64,000 nucleotides of DNA from Planctomycetota bacterium (GTDB lineage: Bacteria > Planctomycetota > Planctomycetia > Pirellulales > Lacipirellulaceae), in the NCBI GenBank assembly GCA_039190745.1, contig JBCCXZ010000010.1, forward strand, positions 1 to 64,000, written 5' to 3'. The position numbers and the translations under genes were made by a program. This document shows positions 27,397-36,329 of the stretch, one piece after another; positions within the stretch are counted from its first letter, which is position 1; the number at the start of each line of letters is the position of its first letter. The notes beneath the pieces were generated by a model, which was not told where the DNA came from, did no database searches, and saw nothing but the letters and a program-made list of their open reading frames with translations.

Positions 27397-30210
27397 TTGG
27401 CGCTTCGTATTTACGCACTCGCGAAAGAACTCAAGATCGACAGCAAAGAGCTGGTCGATATCTGCACGCAGATCGGTATCCGCGGCAAAGGCTCTGCGCT
27501 GGCGAGCCTCAGCGACGAAGAGGCCGCGAAGCTGAAAGAACACTTGCAGGGCGGAGGCGGCGTGGCCACCGAAGCGCCGCCGAGCAAGCAGCAAGCCCCC
27601 GCGCCGGTCCGCCCGAAAGAACCGTCGCGGAGCGGCAAGATGAAGGTGTTGCCGACCACCGCGTCGACAGACGCCCTCACCAACCTGCGCAAGAGCCGGG
27701 CGAAGGACGAACCCGAGACGCAGCCCGCCGAGGAAGCGCCGGCCGGAACGCCCAGCGACGAGGCTGCGGAACAGACTGGGTCCGAATCTGCCGCCGCAAG
27801 CGAAGCAGCAGAAGCCCCAGCGACAGAAGCGGCCGAGGCGTCGGACGCTTCCAAGACGCTGCAGCACGCGGACCCCAGCGAAGCAACCCCCAGAGGTCAG
27901 GGCCCGCTAGCGGGCGTAATGCGGCGGGACGACTACGTCGGGCCGGGACGGGTAGGCGGAAAGCCCCCCGCGCTGGGTGATCAAAAGGGCGGCAAGGGCG
28001 GCAAAGGCGGTGCGGCCGGCGCGGGCCGCGGCCGACCGGCGATCAAGCTGGCCCCTATTCCAAGCGGCGAGGCGCCCCCGCCCCCCCCGAAGCCGACCGG
28101 GGCCGATCCCCCCGCCCAGAAGCCGGACATGAAGCTCCCGGCCGACGCCCTCAAGGCCGGCAAGAGTGGGAGCAAGCCGCTGGCGGCGCACCTGCGGAAG
28201 CACGAAGACGCACTCGAGGACGCCAAGAAGCAGAAAGAGGACGAGGGCGGACGGCGAGGGCGCAAAGGCAAGGACAAAGGCGGGAAGAGCGAAGAAACGC
28301 CGATGCTCGGCGGTCGCGAGCAACGGCAGCTCAACCGCAAGCGGACCCCCGGCCGCAGCGGCGGGCGGATGCCCTTCCGCCAGAGCCGCCGCCCGAGACG
28401 CAAGGGCGTTAGCACCGCGGCGCCGCGTAAGGACAGGATCACCGTCCAGTTGCCCTGCACGGTGCGGGAATTGTCGGAGGCGGCCGGCGTGCCGGCGACC
28501 GACATCCTGCGGATCCTGATGTCCGAGGGCGTGATGACCACCATCACCGCGGCGATGGACCCGGAGATGACCGAGTTCGTCGCGGCAGAGCTGGGCGTCG
28601 ACGTTGAGTTCAAGCAGCCCGAGACGATTGAGGACCGGCTGCTCACGCAGCTCGAAGAGCTGGAAGACCCCGAAGACCAACTCGCCGACCGGCCGCCGGT
28701 CATCACGTTCCTGGGGCACGTCGACCACGGGAAGACGTCGCTGTTGGACAGCATTATCGGCATCAACGTGGTCAGCGGCGAGAGCGGCGGCATCACGCAG
28801 CACATCCGGGCGTACACGATCGACAAGGACAACAAGCAGATTTCGTTTGTCGACACGCCGGGCCACGAAGCGTTCACGGAGATGCGGGCCCGCGGGGCGA
28901 ACGTCACCGACATCGCGGTGCTGGTCGTGGCGGCCGACGACGGCGTGATGCCGCAGACCGAAGAAGCGATCAGCCACGCCCAGGCGGCGGAGGTGCCGAT
29001 CGTTGTCGCGCTCAACAAGAGCGACCTGCCGGGCGTCGACCCGATGAAGGCCCTCCAGCAGCTCTCGCAGAACGGCCTGCAGCCGAGCGAGTGGGGCGGC
29101 GACATCGAGGTCGTGAAGACCAGCGCCATCACCGGCGACGGCATCGACGACCTGCTCGACACGGTACTGACCGTGGCCGAGCTGCACGAGTACAAGGCCA
29201 ACCCCGAACGCAGCGCGATCGGCACGTGCCTCGAAGCCCAGCAAGAAGCCGACCGCGGCGTGGTCTCGAAGCTGATCGTGCAGAAGGGCACACTGAAGGT
29301 GGGCGACGTCGTGGTGTGCGGCGACGCCTTCGGCCGCGTGAAGGCGATGTACGACACGCTCAAGCCCAGCGTCCGGCTGGAAGAGGCCGGCCCCAGCACG
29401 CCGGTGAACGTCACCGGCTTCGACTCGGCCCCGGGCGCGGGCGAGCGGTTCTACGTGCTTGACGACATCGCCGACGCCCGCGAGATCGCCGAGTCCCGCG
29501 CCGACGACGCGCGGGCGGCGTCGCTGGGCGGGGTGGTCTCGCACGTCACGCTGGAAAACCTGTTCGACCGGCTCGACGGCGCCGACGAGGTGCAGACGCT
29601 CAACATCATCTTGCGTGCGGATGTCCGCGGGTCGATCGAGGCGATCGAGAAGGAACTGCTGAAGCTGGAACACCCCGAGGTGAAGATCAAGCTCCTGCAG
29701 GCCACGGTCGGCGGGGTCACCGAGGCCGACGTCACGCTGGCGGACGCCTCGGACGCGATCATCATCGGCTTCAACGTCGTGCCGGACGAGAAGGCGCGCG
29801 TGCTGGCCGAACAGAAGGGCGTGCAGGTTCGGCGGTACGAGGTGATCTACAAGATCACCGAAGACCTGAAGGCCGCGTTGGAGGGCATGCTGAAACCCGA
29901 GGAGCGGGAGGTCGACCTCGGGCGTGCGTTGGTGCAACAGGTCTTCAAGATCAGCCGCGTCGGCACGGTCGCGGGCTGCCGGGTGCTCTCGGGCACGGTC
30001 GAGCGCAACGCCCGTGCCCGGGTGATCCGCGACAGCACGATTATTGGCGACTACGTGCTCGACACGCTCCGCCGCGAGAAGGACGACGCGAAAGAAGTGC
30101 GTGAGGGTTTTGAGTGCGGTATGAAGCTGTCCGGGTTTAACGACGTGAAGGAAGGCGACATCTTTGAGGTCTACCGGGTGGACGAGGTCGGCCGGAGCTT
30201 CGACGACTAA
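27397..30210 (+). CDS. infB: Translation initiation factor IF-2
   Basis: RIYALAKEL, GHVDHGKT, GGITQHI and DTPGHEAF; TTG start. Confidence 0.98.
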   Translation: MALRIYALAKELKIDSKELVDICTQIGIRGKGSALASLSDEEAAKLKEHLQGGGGVATEAPPSKQQAPAPVRPKEPSRSGKMKVLPTTASTDALTNLRKSRAKDEPETQPAEEAPAGTPSDEAAEQTGSESAAASEAAEAPATEAAEASDASKTLQHADPSEATPRGQGPLAGVMRRDDYVGPGRVGGKPPALGDQKGGKGGKGGAAGAGRGRPAIKLAPIPSGEAPPPPPKPTGADPPAQKPDMKLPADALKAGKSGSKPLAAHLRKHEDALEDAKKQKEDEGGRRGRKGKDKGGKSEETPMLGGREQRQLNRKRTPGRSGGRMPFRQSRRPRRKGVSTAAPRKDRITVQLPCTVRELSEAAGVPATDILRILMSEGVMTTITAAMDPEMTEFVAAELGVDVEFKQPETIEDRLLTQLEELEDPEDQLADRPPVITFLGHVDHGKTSLLDSIIGINVVSGESGGITQHIRAYTIDKDNKQISFVDTPGHEAFTEMRARGANVTDIAVLVVAADDGVMPQTEEAISHAQAAEVPIVVALNKSDLPGVDPMKALQQLSQNGLQPSEWGGDIEVVKTSAITGDGIDDLLDTVLTVAELHEYKANPERSAIGTCLEAQQEADRGVVSKLIVQKGTLKVGDVVVCGDAFGRVKAMYDTLKPSVRLEEAGPSTPVNVTGFDSAPGAGERFYVLDDIADAREIAESRADDARAASLGGVVSHVTLENLFDRLDGADEVQTLNIILRADVRGSIEAIEKELLKLEHPEVKIKLLQATVGGVTEADVTLADASDAIIIGFNVVPDEKARVLAEQKGVQVRRYEVIYKITEDLKAALEGMLKPEEREVDLGRALVQQVFKISRVGTVAGCRVLSGTVERNARARVIRDSTIIGDYVLDTLRREKDDAKEVREGFECGMKLSGFNDVKEGDIFEVYRVDEVGRSFDD

Positions 30211-30288
30211 CCTCTCTACCCCGCCTCTCGGTCCCTGCTCCGCCCCACCGAACCCCGATCCCGTGCCGGCCGCGGCGAATAAACAGCG

Positions 30289-30702
30289 ATGAGTTCAAGA
30301 CGCGTACAGAAGGCCGAGGCGGCCATCCGCGAGGTGGTCAGCATGGCCATCCTGGCCGACCTGAAAGACCCTCGGATCGACGGCGTGACGGTGACGTACG
30401 TTGAAGTGTCGCCCGATATGCGCCTGGCGAAGGTGCACGTCTCGGTGATGGGCGACGAGACCGCCCAGAACCTCTGCCTGCACGGCCTGCAGAGTTCGGC
30501 GGGCTACCTGCAGCAGAAGGTGGCCAAGCGGATCGACACCCGCTACACGCCGAAAATCCGTTTCGAGCTCGACCAGGGCGTGAAGCAATCGATCGCGATC
30601 GCCAAGCTCCTGACCGACGTGCTGCCCGAAGATGAACCGGGCGGCGGGCCGACGTCCGGCGGCGACGGCAACGACAGCGTAGACCACGACGACGAAGTGT
30701 AA
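30289..30702 (+). CDS. rbfA: Ribosome-binding factor A
   Basis: KDPR, VSPDMRLAKV and RYTPKIRF; follows infB. Confidence 0.95.
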   Translation: MSSRRVQKAEAAIREVVSMAILADLKDPRIDGVTVTYVEVSPDMRLAKVHVSVMGDETAQNLCLHGLQSSAGYLQQKVAKRIDTRYTPKIRFELDQGVKQSIAIAKLLTDVLPEDEPGGGPTSGGDGNDSVDHDDEV

Positions 30703-30773
30703 TCCATGCGTTCCGGACGGCCCCCGGGCCGACGCCGACCGCAAACCGTAAACCGCTCCTGAACACGACAACG

Positions 30774-31748
30774 ATGGCAACCAACAACCGAGCCGCTCTG
30801 ATCAATCGCGTCGTCAAAGTCGCGAAAAAGCACTTCAAGCCCGCTGCGCCCGAGAGCGGCCGGACGGTCTTCGACCACTTGGTGTTCGCGTGCCTGCTGG
30901 AGGATTCCCTGCAGGAGCCCGCGGAGCAGGTGTTCCAGAAGTTGCGTGCGGACTACTTCGACTGGAACGAGGTCCGCGTGAGCTCGATCCGCGAGCTGAC
31001 CGACGTCTGCAAACCGCTGAACGACCCGCAAGAGGCGGCGACCCGCTTGCGCCGCGTGCTGCAGAGCGTGTTCGAGAGCCAGTACTCGTTCGACCTCGAA
31101 GCGACCAAGAAGCAGAACATCGGCCAGGCGGTCAAAGACCTGCACAAGCACAAGGGAACCACCAACTTCACGGTGTCTTACGTGGTGCAGAACGGGCTGG
31201 GGGGCCATTCGATTGCCGTAAACGACGGCCTGCTCGAGTCGCTGCGGATCGTCTCGGTGGTCTCCGACGCCGAGGCGGCCAAGCGGACCGTACCGGGGCT
31301 GGAGCGGACCGTGCCGAAGAACAAGGGCGTCGAGGTCGGGTCGCTGCTGCACCAGATCGGCGTGGAGATGGCCCGCAGCCCGTTCGGCCCGACGATCCGC
31401 AAGCTGCTGCTTGAGATCGATCCCAAGTGCAAAGACCGGCTGCCGAAGCGGGCCCCCAAGAAGGCGCCCGAGCCGGAAAAGAAACCCAAGGCGACGAAGA
31501 AGCCGGCTAAGCCCGCGGAGAAGAAACCCGCCGAGAAGAAGGCGGCGGAAAAGAAGCCCGCCAAGAAAGCCGCTAAGCCCGCAGCGAAGAAAGCCGTCAA
31601 GACCAAGACCGCGAAGGCGGCGACGCCAAAGAAGAAGGTGAAGAAAAAGGTCAAGAAGAAAGTGGTCAAGAAGAAGGTCGTGAAGAAGGCCCCGGCCAAG
31701 AAAAAGAAGAAGGCCGCGAAGGGCCTCGCGAAGCGCAAACCAAGGTAG
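30774..31748 (+). CDS. HhH-GPD/endonuclease III-fold protein with Lys-rich histone-like tail
   Basis: DWNEVRVS..EL, RLRRVLQ..F and LGGHSIAVND; about 100 aa K/A/P tail. Confidence 0.7.
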   Translation: MATNNRAALINRVVKVAKKHFKPAAPESGRTVFDHLVFACLLEDSLQEPAEQVFQKLRADYFDWNEVRVSSIRELTDVCKPLNDPQEAATRLRRVLQSVFESQYSFDLEATKKQNIGQAVKDLHKHKGTTNFTVSYVVQNGLGGHSIAVNDGLLESLRIVSVVSDAEAAKRTVPGLERTVPKNKGVEVGSLLHQIGVEMARSPFGPTIRKLLLEIDPKCKDRLPKRAPKKAPEPEKKPKATKKPAKPAEKKPAEKKAAEKKPAKKAAKPAAKKAVKTKTAKAATPKKKVKKKVKKKVVKKKVVKKAPAKKKKKAAKGLAKRKPR

Positions 31749-31750
31749 GG

Positions 31751-31842
31751 AATCGAAGATCTAAGATTGTAGATTGAAGACCCGACGAGTCGTTGGAGCG
31801 CTTCTTGTAGATCTGCAATCTGCAATCTTCGATCTTAAATCC
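31751..31842. repeat. Heptamer inverted repeat (AGATTGA / TGCAATC type)
   Basis: GAATCGAAGATCTAAGATTGTAGATTGAAGA ... TCTGCAATCTGCAATCTTCGATCTTAAATC. Confidence 0.75.
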
Positions 31843-31892
31843 GCCCTACATTCGGCTCTCAAGACACAAGCACCGCAACCCACGAATCACCC

Positions 31893-32645
31893 ATGGCTGG
31901 TCACTCCCACTGGGCCGGGATCAAACACAAGAAGGCCCTGATCGACAACAAGCGGGGCAAGCTCTGGAGCAAGCTCTCCAAGGCGATCATCATCGCCGCA
32001 CGCACCGGCGGCGGCGACCCCTCGATGAACCTAAGGCTCCGTTACGCGATCAACGACGCCAAAGCGGTGAGCATGCCGAAGGACAACATCGAGCGTGCCA
32101 TCAAGAAAGGCACCGGCGAGCTCGACGGCGGTAACCTCGAAGAAGTGCTCTACGAGGGTCACGGGCTGGGCGGCGTGGCGGTGCTGTGCGAGATCCTCAC
32201 CGACAACCGCAATCGTACGGCCCCGGAAGTGAGGAAGATCTTCGAGATCAACGGCGGCAAGCTCGGCACCAGCGGCAGCGCGGCGTGGATGTTCGAGCGG
32301 AAGGGCGTAGTCACGGTCGCGGCCGACAAGACCACCGAAGACGCCTTGATGGAGCTGGCCCTCGAGGCCGGCGCCGACGACGTGCGCGAGGAGGGCGAGG
32401 GCTTCGAAGTGCTCACCACGCCGGACGCCTTCGCGGGGGTGTGCGACGCGCTCGACGCGGCCGAGTTGCCGACCGAGAGCCGCGAGATCGCCTGGGTGCC
32501 CAACGAGCCGCTCGACCTGGAGGGCGACGACGCCCGCAAGGCAATCAAATTGATGGAAGCGCTCGACGACCACGACGACGTGCAGAGCGTGGCCGCGAAC
32601 TTCAACGTGCCCGACGAGGTGATGGCGGAGCTGGACGCGGGGTAG
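31893..32645 (+). CDS. yebC: YebC/PmpR family protein
   Basis: MAGHSHWAGIKHKK, YEGHG.GGVA, TDNRNRT and DDVQ. Confidence 0.96.
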   Translation: MAGHSHWAGIKHKKALIDNKRGKLWSKLSKAIIIAARTGGGDPSMNLRLRYAINDAKAVSMPKDNIERAIKKGTGELDGGNLEEVLYEGHGLGGVAVLCEILTDNRNRTAPEVRKIFEINGGKLGTSGSAAWMFERKGVVTVAADKTTEDALMELALEAGADDVREEGEGFEVLTTPDAFAGVCDALDAAELPTESREIAWVPNEPLDLEGDDARKAIKLMEALDDHDDVQSVAANFNVPDEVMAELDAG

Positions 32646-32882
32646 TCGACAAGGTTCTTGAGACGCAAGACAGAGGACCGAGAGTGCCTCACCGCGAACG
32701 CTGTCTAGCCTTACTCTTTCCGATATGTTTCCATTTCTGGCGTAGGGGTGCATCCGAGATACGAGGAGCTCTATCGGTATCTCACGGAATAGGGCTATAG
32801 ATCCACGCACCAATTCGCAGTGTCGGTTACGATAGGTTTCAACGAGTCTGTTCACTCACCCGTCGACTGAAGTAACCCTCCA

Positions 32883-33080
32883 GTGAGCATCCAAGAACTC
32901 GAAGACGCGATCCGCCAACTCTCTCAAGAGGAGTTCGCTCAGCTCGCGCACTGGATCGACGAGTACCGGGCGGAGCAGTGGGACCGGGAGATCGAGGCGG
33001 ACGCCGGATCTGGTCGCCTTGATGAAGCTGCTCAACGGGCGGACGCCGACTTCGATAGCGGCCGTTGCAAGCCTCTATGA
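32883..33080 (+). CDS. Putative antitoxin
   Basis: 65 aa acidic protein (WDREIEAD..SGRLD); ATGA overlap with the toxin-like gene. Confidence 0.75.
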   Translation: MSIQELEDAIRQLSQEEFAQLAHWIDEYRAEQWDREIEADAGSGRLDEAAQRADADFDSGRCKPL

Positions 33081-33334
33081 AGCACTTCGCAACGCCGGAG
33101 TTCTGGGAGTGCTACCGCAGACTGCAACCGGAAATTCGGCAATTGGCCGACAAGAACTTCGAGCTGTTGAGGGCGAAGCCGCAGCACCCTTCGCTGAGAC
33201 TCAAGAAGGTTGGCCGGTACTGGTCGGCGCGGGTAGGCTTGCGTTACCGCGCGCTGGCAATCGATCGGGCCGAGGGCTTGGTCTGGTTCTGGATCGGCGA
33301 CCACGAGGCGTACGACCAACTCCTCAAGCGATAA
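33077..33334 (+). CDS. RelE/ParE-like toxin
   Basis: FWECYRRL, HPSLRLKKVG..WSARVG..YRAL, WFWIG.H..YD. Confidence 0.8.
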   Translation: MKHFATPEFWECYRRLQPEIRQLADKNFELLRAKPQHPSLRLKKVGRYWSARVGLRYRALAIDRAEGLVWFWIGDHEAYDQLLKR

Positions 33335-34894
33335 TCAGTACTTCCCGGTGTGCTCGATCATCGGCCAGTACTCCTGGAAGTCGAATTCCGGGCTGTTGTC
33401 GATGTCGTGGCACTCCAGGCAGTTCTTGACCGAGGGGCCGAGCACCTCGCCGCGGGCCTTGTTGTTGCCCTCGTTCTCGACCAGTTCCATGTGCATCTCG
33501 GCGCGGAGGGCCTCGATCTGCTCGTCGGTGTAGTCGCCCTCGCCGTTTTCGGCGGCGACGTGCGCGGCGCCGGGGCCGTGGCAGTTCTCGCAGCCGTTCT
33601 GCAGCATCAGCGGGGTCGCTTCCAAGCCAAGGTAGCCCGAGTCGTAGGGGAAGTAGCCCTGCGGGTCCCAGCCCACGACGTGGCAGCTGAGGCACTCGGG
33701 GTCGTAGTGCCGCGGCGGGTCGAGTTCCACTAGCGTCTCGGTGGCGTGGGCGTGGGGCGTGCCCTCGAAGACGGCCATCGCCTCGGTATGGCAGTCGGCA
33801 CAAGCGGCCGTGCCGGCGAACTCGCCTTTGGGGTGCGCCATGCCTTGCCCGCTGGCGCCGAGCAGTCCGAGCCCGCTGAGGCCGAGCGTCTCGACCTCGC
33901 GTTGGTACTCGATCAGCATCTGGTGCATCTCGGGCGAGTCGCTGTAACGGTGGTCGAGCGGAGCCTTTTGGTACTCGAAGGGTTGGCCTTTGCCGTAAAG
34001 CCCGAGCACGATGGCGTACATGCCCTTGTGGCCGGTTTCGATGAGTTGGGACTTCGTGCCCTCGATGGGCCGCGCGGCGTTGGCCGGTTCCTCGGCTCCG
34101 CCGGTCGTGACGACAAAGTCGAACTGCGGGAACCGCTTGGCGAGGGCGACCGCTTCTTCGCGGGTGGTGTGGGCCAGCAGCACCTGGTAGTCGCACCGCT
34201 GCCGCTTGAGCTGGGAGGCGGCTTGCCGGAGGCCGGCGGCGGGGTCGGTCCACTCGATCTCGGCGGAGTTGGCGAGGTCTTCCTGGTGCTCGGAGCCCAG
34301 CACCGACGTGACGCCCACGCGTAAGCCCCCCTGTTCAAGCACGCGGTACCGGCGGGTGAAGCCGTTGTCGAACCCGAACACGCCGACGTTGGCGGAGATG
34401 AGCGGGTTGGTCTCGGGGTCGAGGTTCGCGATGGCGTAGAGAACCGCGTCGGCGCTGAGCAGAAGCTCGCGACCGCCCACGCCGATGGCCGCGTAACCGA
34501 TGTCGACCAGCGCATCGAGGCCGTAGCGGTACTTCATCTCGGCCTGGGGGCCGATGCGGCGGACCATGCCGCCGGCGTCGAGCGCCAGAAGGGGCCACTT
34601 CCGCTTGTCGCGGAGTTCACGGATCAGGGTGTGGCGCCGCTTGAGGCCGCCCTTCTGGTTGTCCAGGCCGGCGCAGCCGCAGGGTTCGAGGTAGCCGTTC
34701 ATGCGGCCTGTGAAGAGCAACGCAAGCTTTGGCTTCTTCCAGTCGACGAAGACCGGGCCGTTCTTGTCGAGCGCGTCGGCGATCGCCGCGTCGTCGGCGA
34801 CCTGCAAGCCGGAGGGCCCGCTGCGGACGATCGAGGAGAAAAGCGTGAGGGCAACGAGAACGCCCGCCAGAGGCATGACTGCGCGGAGCTTCAT
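33335..34894 (-). CDS. Multiheme (4x CxxCH) cytochrome c fused to a 5'-nucleotidase/UshA-like domain
   Basis: Signal peptide; GYLEPCGC..KGGL; CADCH, CLSCH, CENCH and CLECH. Confidence 0.85.
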   Translation of the reverse strand: MKLRAVMPLAGVLVALTLFSSIVRSGPSGLQVADDAAIADALDKNGPVFVDWKKPKLALLFTGRMNGYLEPCGCAGLDNQKGGLKRRHTLIRELRDKRKWPLLALDAGGMVRRIGPQAEMKYRYGLDALVDIGYAAIGVGGRELLLSADAVLYAIANLDPETNPLISANVGVFGFDNGFTRRYRVLEQGGLRVGVTSVLGSEHQEDLANSAEIEWTDPAAGLRQAASQLKRQRCDYQVLLAHTTREEAVALAKRFPQFDFVVTTGGAEEPANAARPIEGTKSQLIETGHKGMYAIVLGLYGKGQPFEYQKAPLDHRYSDSPEMHQMLIEYQREVETLGLSGLGLLGASGQGMAHPKGEFAGTAACADCHTEAMAVFEGTPHAHATETLVELDPPRHYDPECLSCHVVGWDPQGYFPYDSGYLGLEATPLMLQNGCENCHGPGAAHVAAENGEGDYTDEQIEALRAEMHMELVENEGNNKARGEVLGPSVKNCLECHDIDNSPEFDFQEYWPMIEHTGKY

Positions 34895-35069
34895 GGGTCG
34901 GTTAGCCCGGGCTGAAGTCGGACGTGGGTGCGGGTCGAGGAGGCGTGAGTCGCGCCGTAACCTCTGACACGTAGCCTCTGACAGTTGTCTCTGAGAAAAC
35001 AACGCTCACAAGAATCCTATCGGCTCGGGATGGGGCCGGCCAGCACAGTTGCTCCCCACACAGAGCAGC

Positions 35070-36230
35070 CTAGGGCTGCACCGCGACCCGCACTCCGAGA
35101 CGGACTTCCGAAGTATTCGGGAGGTTGGTCCCCAAGACGATCTCGGCGAGGTCGCTCGCGGGGCCCCCGGAGCGGGTGAAAGGAGCCGTCCCCGGGGGGA
35201 TGGTCACGGTGAGCGGCACGCGGAAGAGGCCCTCGACGATCTCGTCCCCTTGGCCGACTTCGACCTTCATGGCCGGCGGGTCGACCCTCTCGACTGTAAA
35301 CTCGGCGGACGAGGCTTTTTCTCCACGCACGTTCAAGTGGAGTTCCGCAACGCCGCCCTCGCTGCTGCGGAGAGTGCCGAGTGCCAGCAACGCCAGCCGT
35401 TCGTTCCAGCCCCGGCCGAAGACCGAGACGTCGCCCACGACGCGCCCGGAGAGCGGGATGCTGAGATTCGCCGCTTGGGCGAGGCTCGTCTCGAGGTTGA
35501 GCGACCCGTAGAACGGGCCGATCGAGTCGCCCCCGCTGACAGTGGCGGTGATCTTGAGTGCGGCCCGGACGCCTTCGATACCGATTTCTTCAGGGTCGAA
35601 GTCCTCGAACGAGACCTCGGCGTTACCCTCAACGGTTTCGCCGATGAACTCGTGGGAGAGGACCTTGATCTCATCCTCGACGAAGGACATGAGATAGACG
35701 CTGTCGTCGGCGGAGTCTCCGGTCCGGACCGTGCCGAAGCCGAAGTTGTTGGGCCTCAGCGCGGTCGACTCAACGACTGTGCCCTCGACGTTGAGATCGA
35801 ACCGCGACCTGAAGGGGTCGCTCGTCACAAGCGTGGCTCCGTGGCGGAACGGGCCGGGGCCGGTCTTGGCGGTCCACTCGAGTTCGACGGTAGTTTCGTC
35901 CCCGGGCTCGATGGTCTCGGTCTCCCCCTCGGCAAGGTTGCCGACGGTGCACTTGCATGTGGTCGCGGTGACCTGCAACTTGAGGGGCGCCGATCCGGTG
36001 TTCTGAACGATGAACGAGTGCTTGAGCGAGGTGTTCTGCTCCATCGTGCCGAAGTTGTAGACCGTCTCCGGAACAACGGCGACGGGCAGTTCCTCGGGCG
36101 TTTCCTGTTGAGGCTCAACGGCCTCCGGTGCTTCGGGCTTCGGGAGGCGGGTCTGGTAGACGCCGATCGAGGCGCCAACGGCGGCGCCCGCTGCTGCTGA
36201 GAGTGCGAGGATGAGCAGAACGCTTTTCAT
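35070..36230 (-). CDS. DUF1573 (Ig-like) exported protein
   Basis: YNFGTM...F..QNTG.APL......CKCT....IEPG. Confidence 0.85.
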   Translation of the reverse strand: MKSVLLILALSAAAGAAVGASIGVYQTRLPKPEAPEAVEPQQETPEELPVAVVPETVYNFGTMEQNTSLKHSFIVQNTGSAPLKLQVTATTCKCTVGNLAEGETETIEPGDETTVELEWTAKTGPGPFRHGATLVTSDPFRSRFDLNVEGTVVESTALRPNNFGFGTVRTGDSADDSVYLMSFVEDEIKVLSHEFIGETVEGNAEVSFEDFDPEEIGIEGVRAALKITATVSGGDSIGPFYGSLNLETSLAQAANLSIPLSGRVVGDVSVFGRGWNERLALLALGTLRSSEGGVAELHLNVRGEKASSAEFTVERVDPPAMKVEVGQGDEIVEGLFRVPLTVTIPPGTAPFTRSGGPASDLAEIVLGTNLPNTSEVRLGVRVAVQP

Positions 36231-36329
36231 ATTTTGCTTGCGCAAGAGTATCAGTGGTTCGTAGCAGTACTGCGAAAAGCCCAGTCTAGGTAGCGACCAG
36301 GAGCACGGTCAAACCGATCGCGCAGTCGA

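Noticed and set aside
25654..29937. Very long antisense ORFs (737, 676 and 477 aa) over nusA/infB, and similar ones elsewhere
   Set aside because: Expected shadows of GC-biased codon usage opposite well-supported genes
32700..32855. Possible gene fragment in the low-GC patch
   Set aside because: Only short stop-interrupted frames with no recognisable motif
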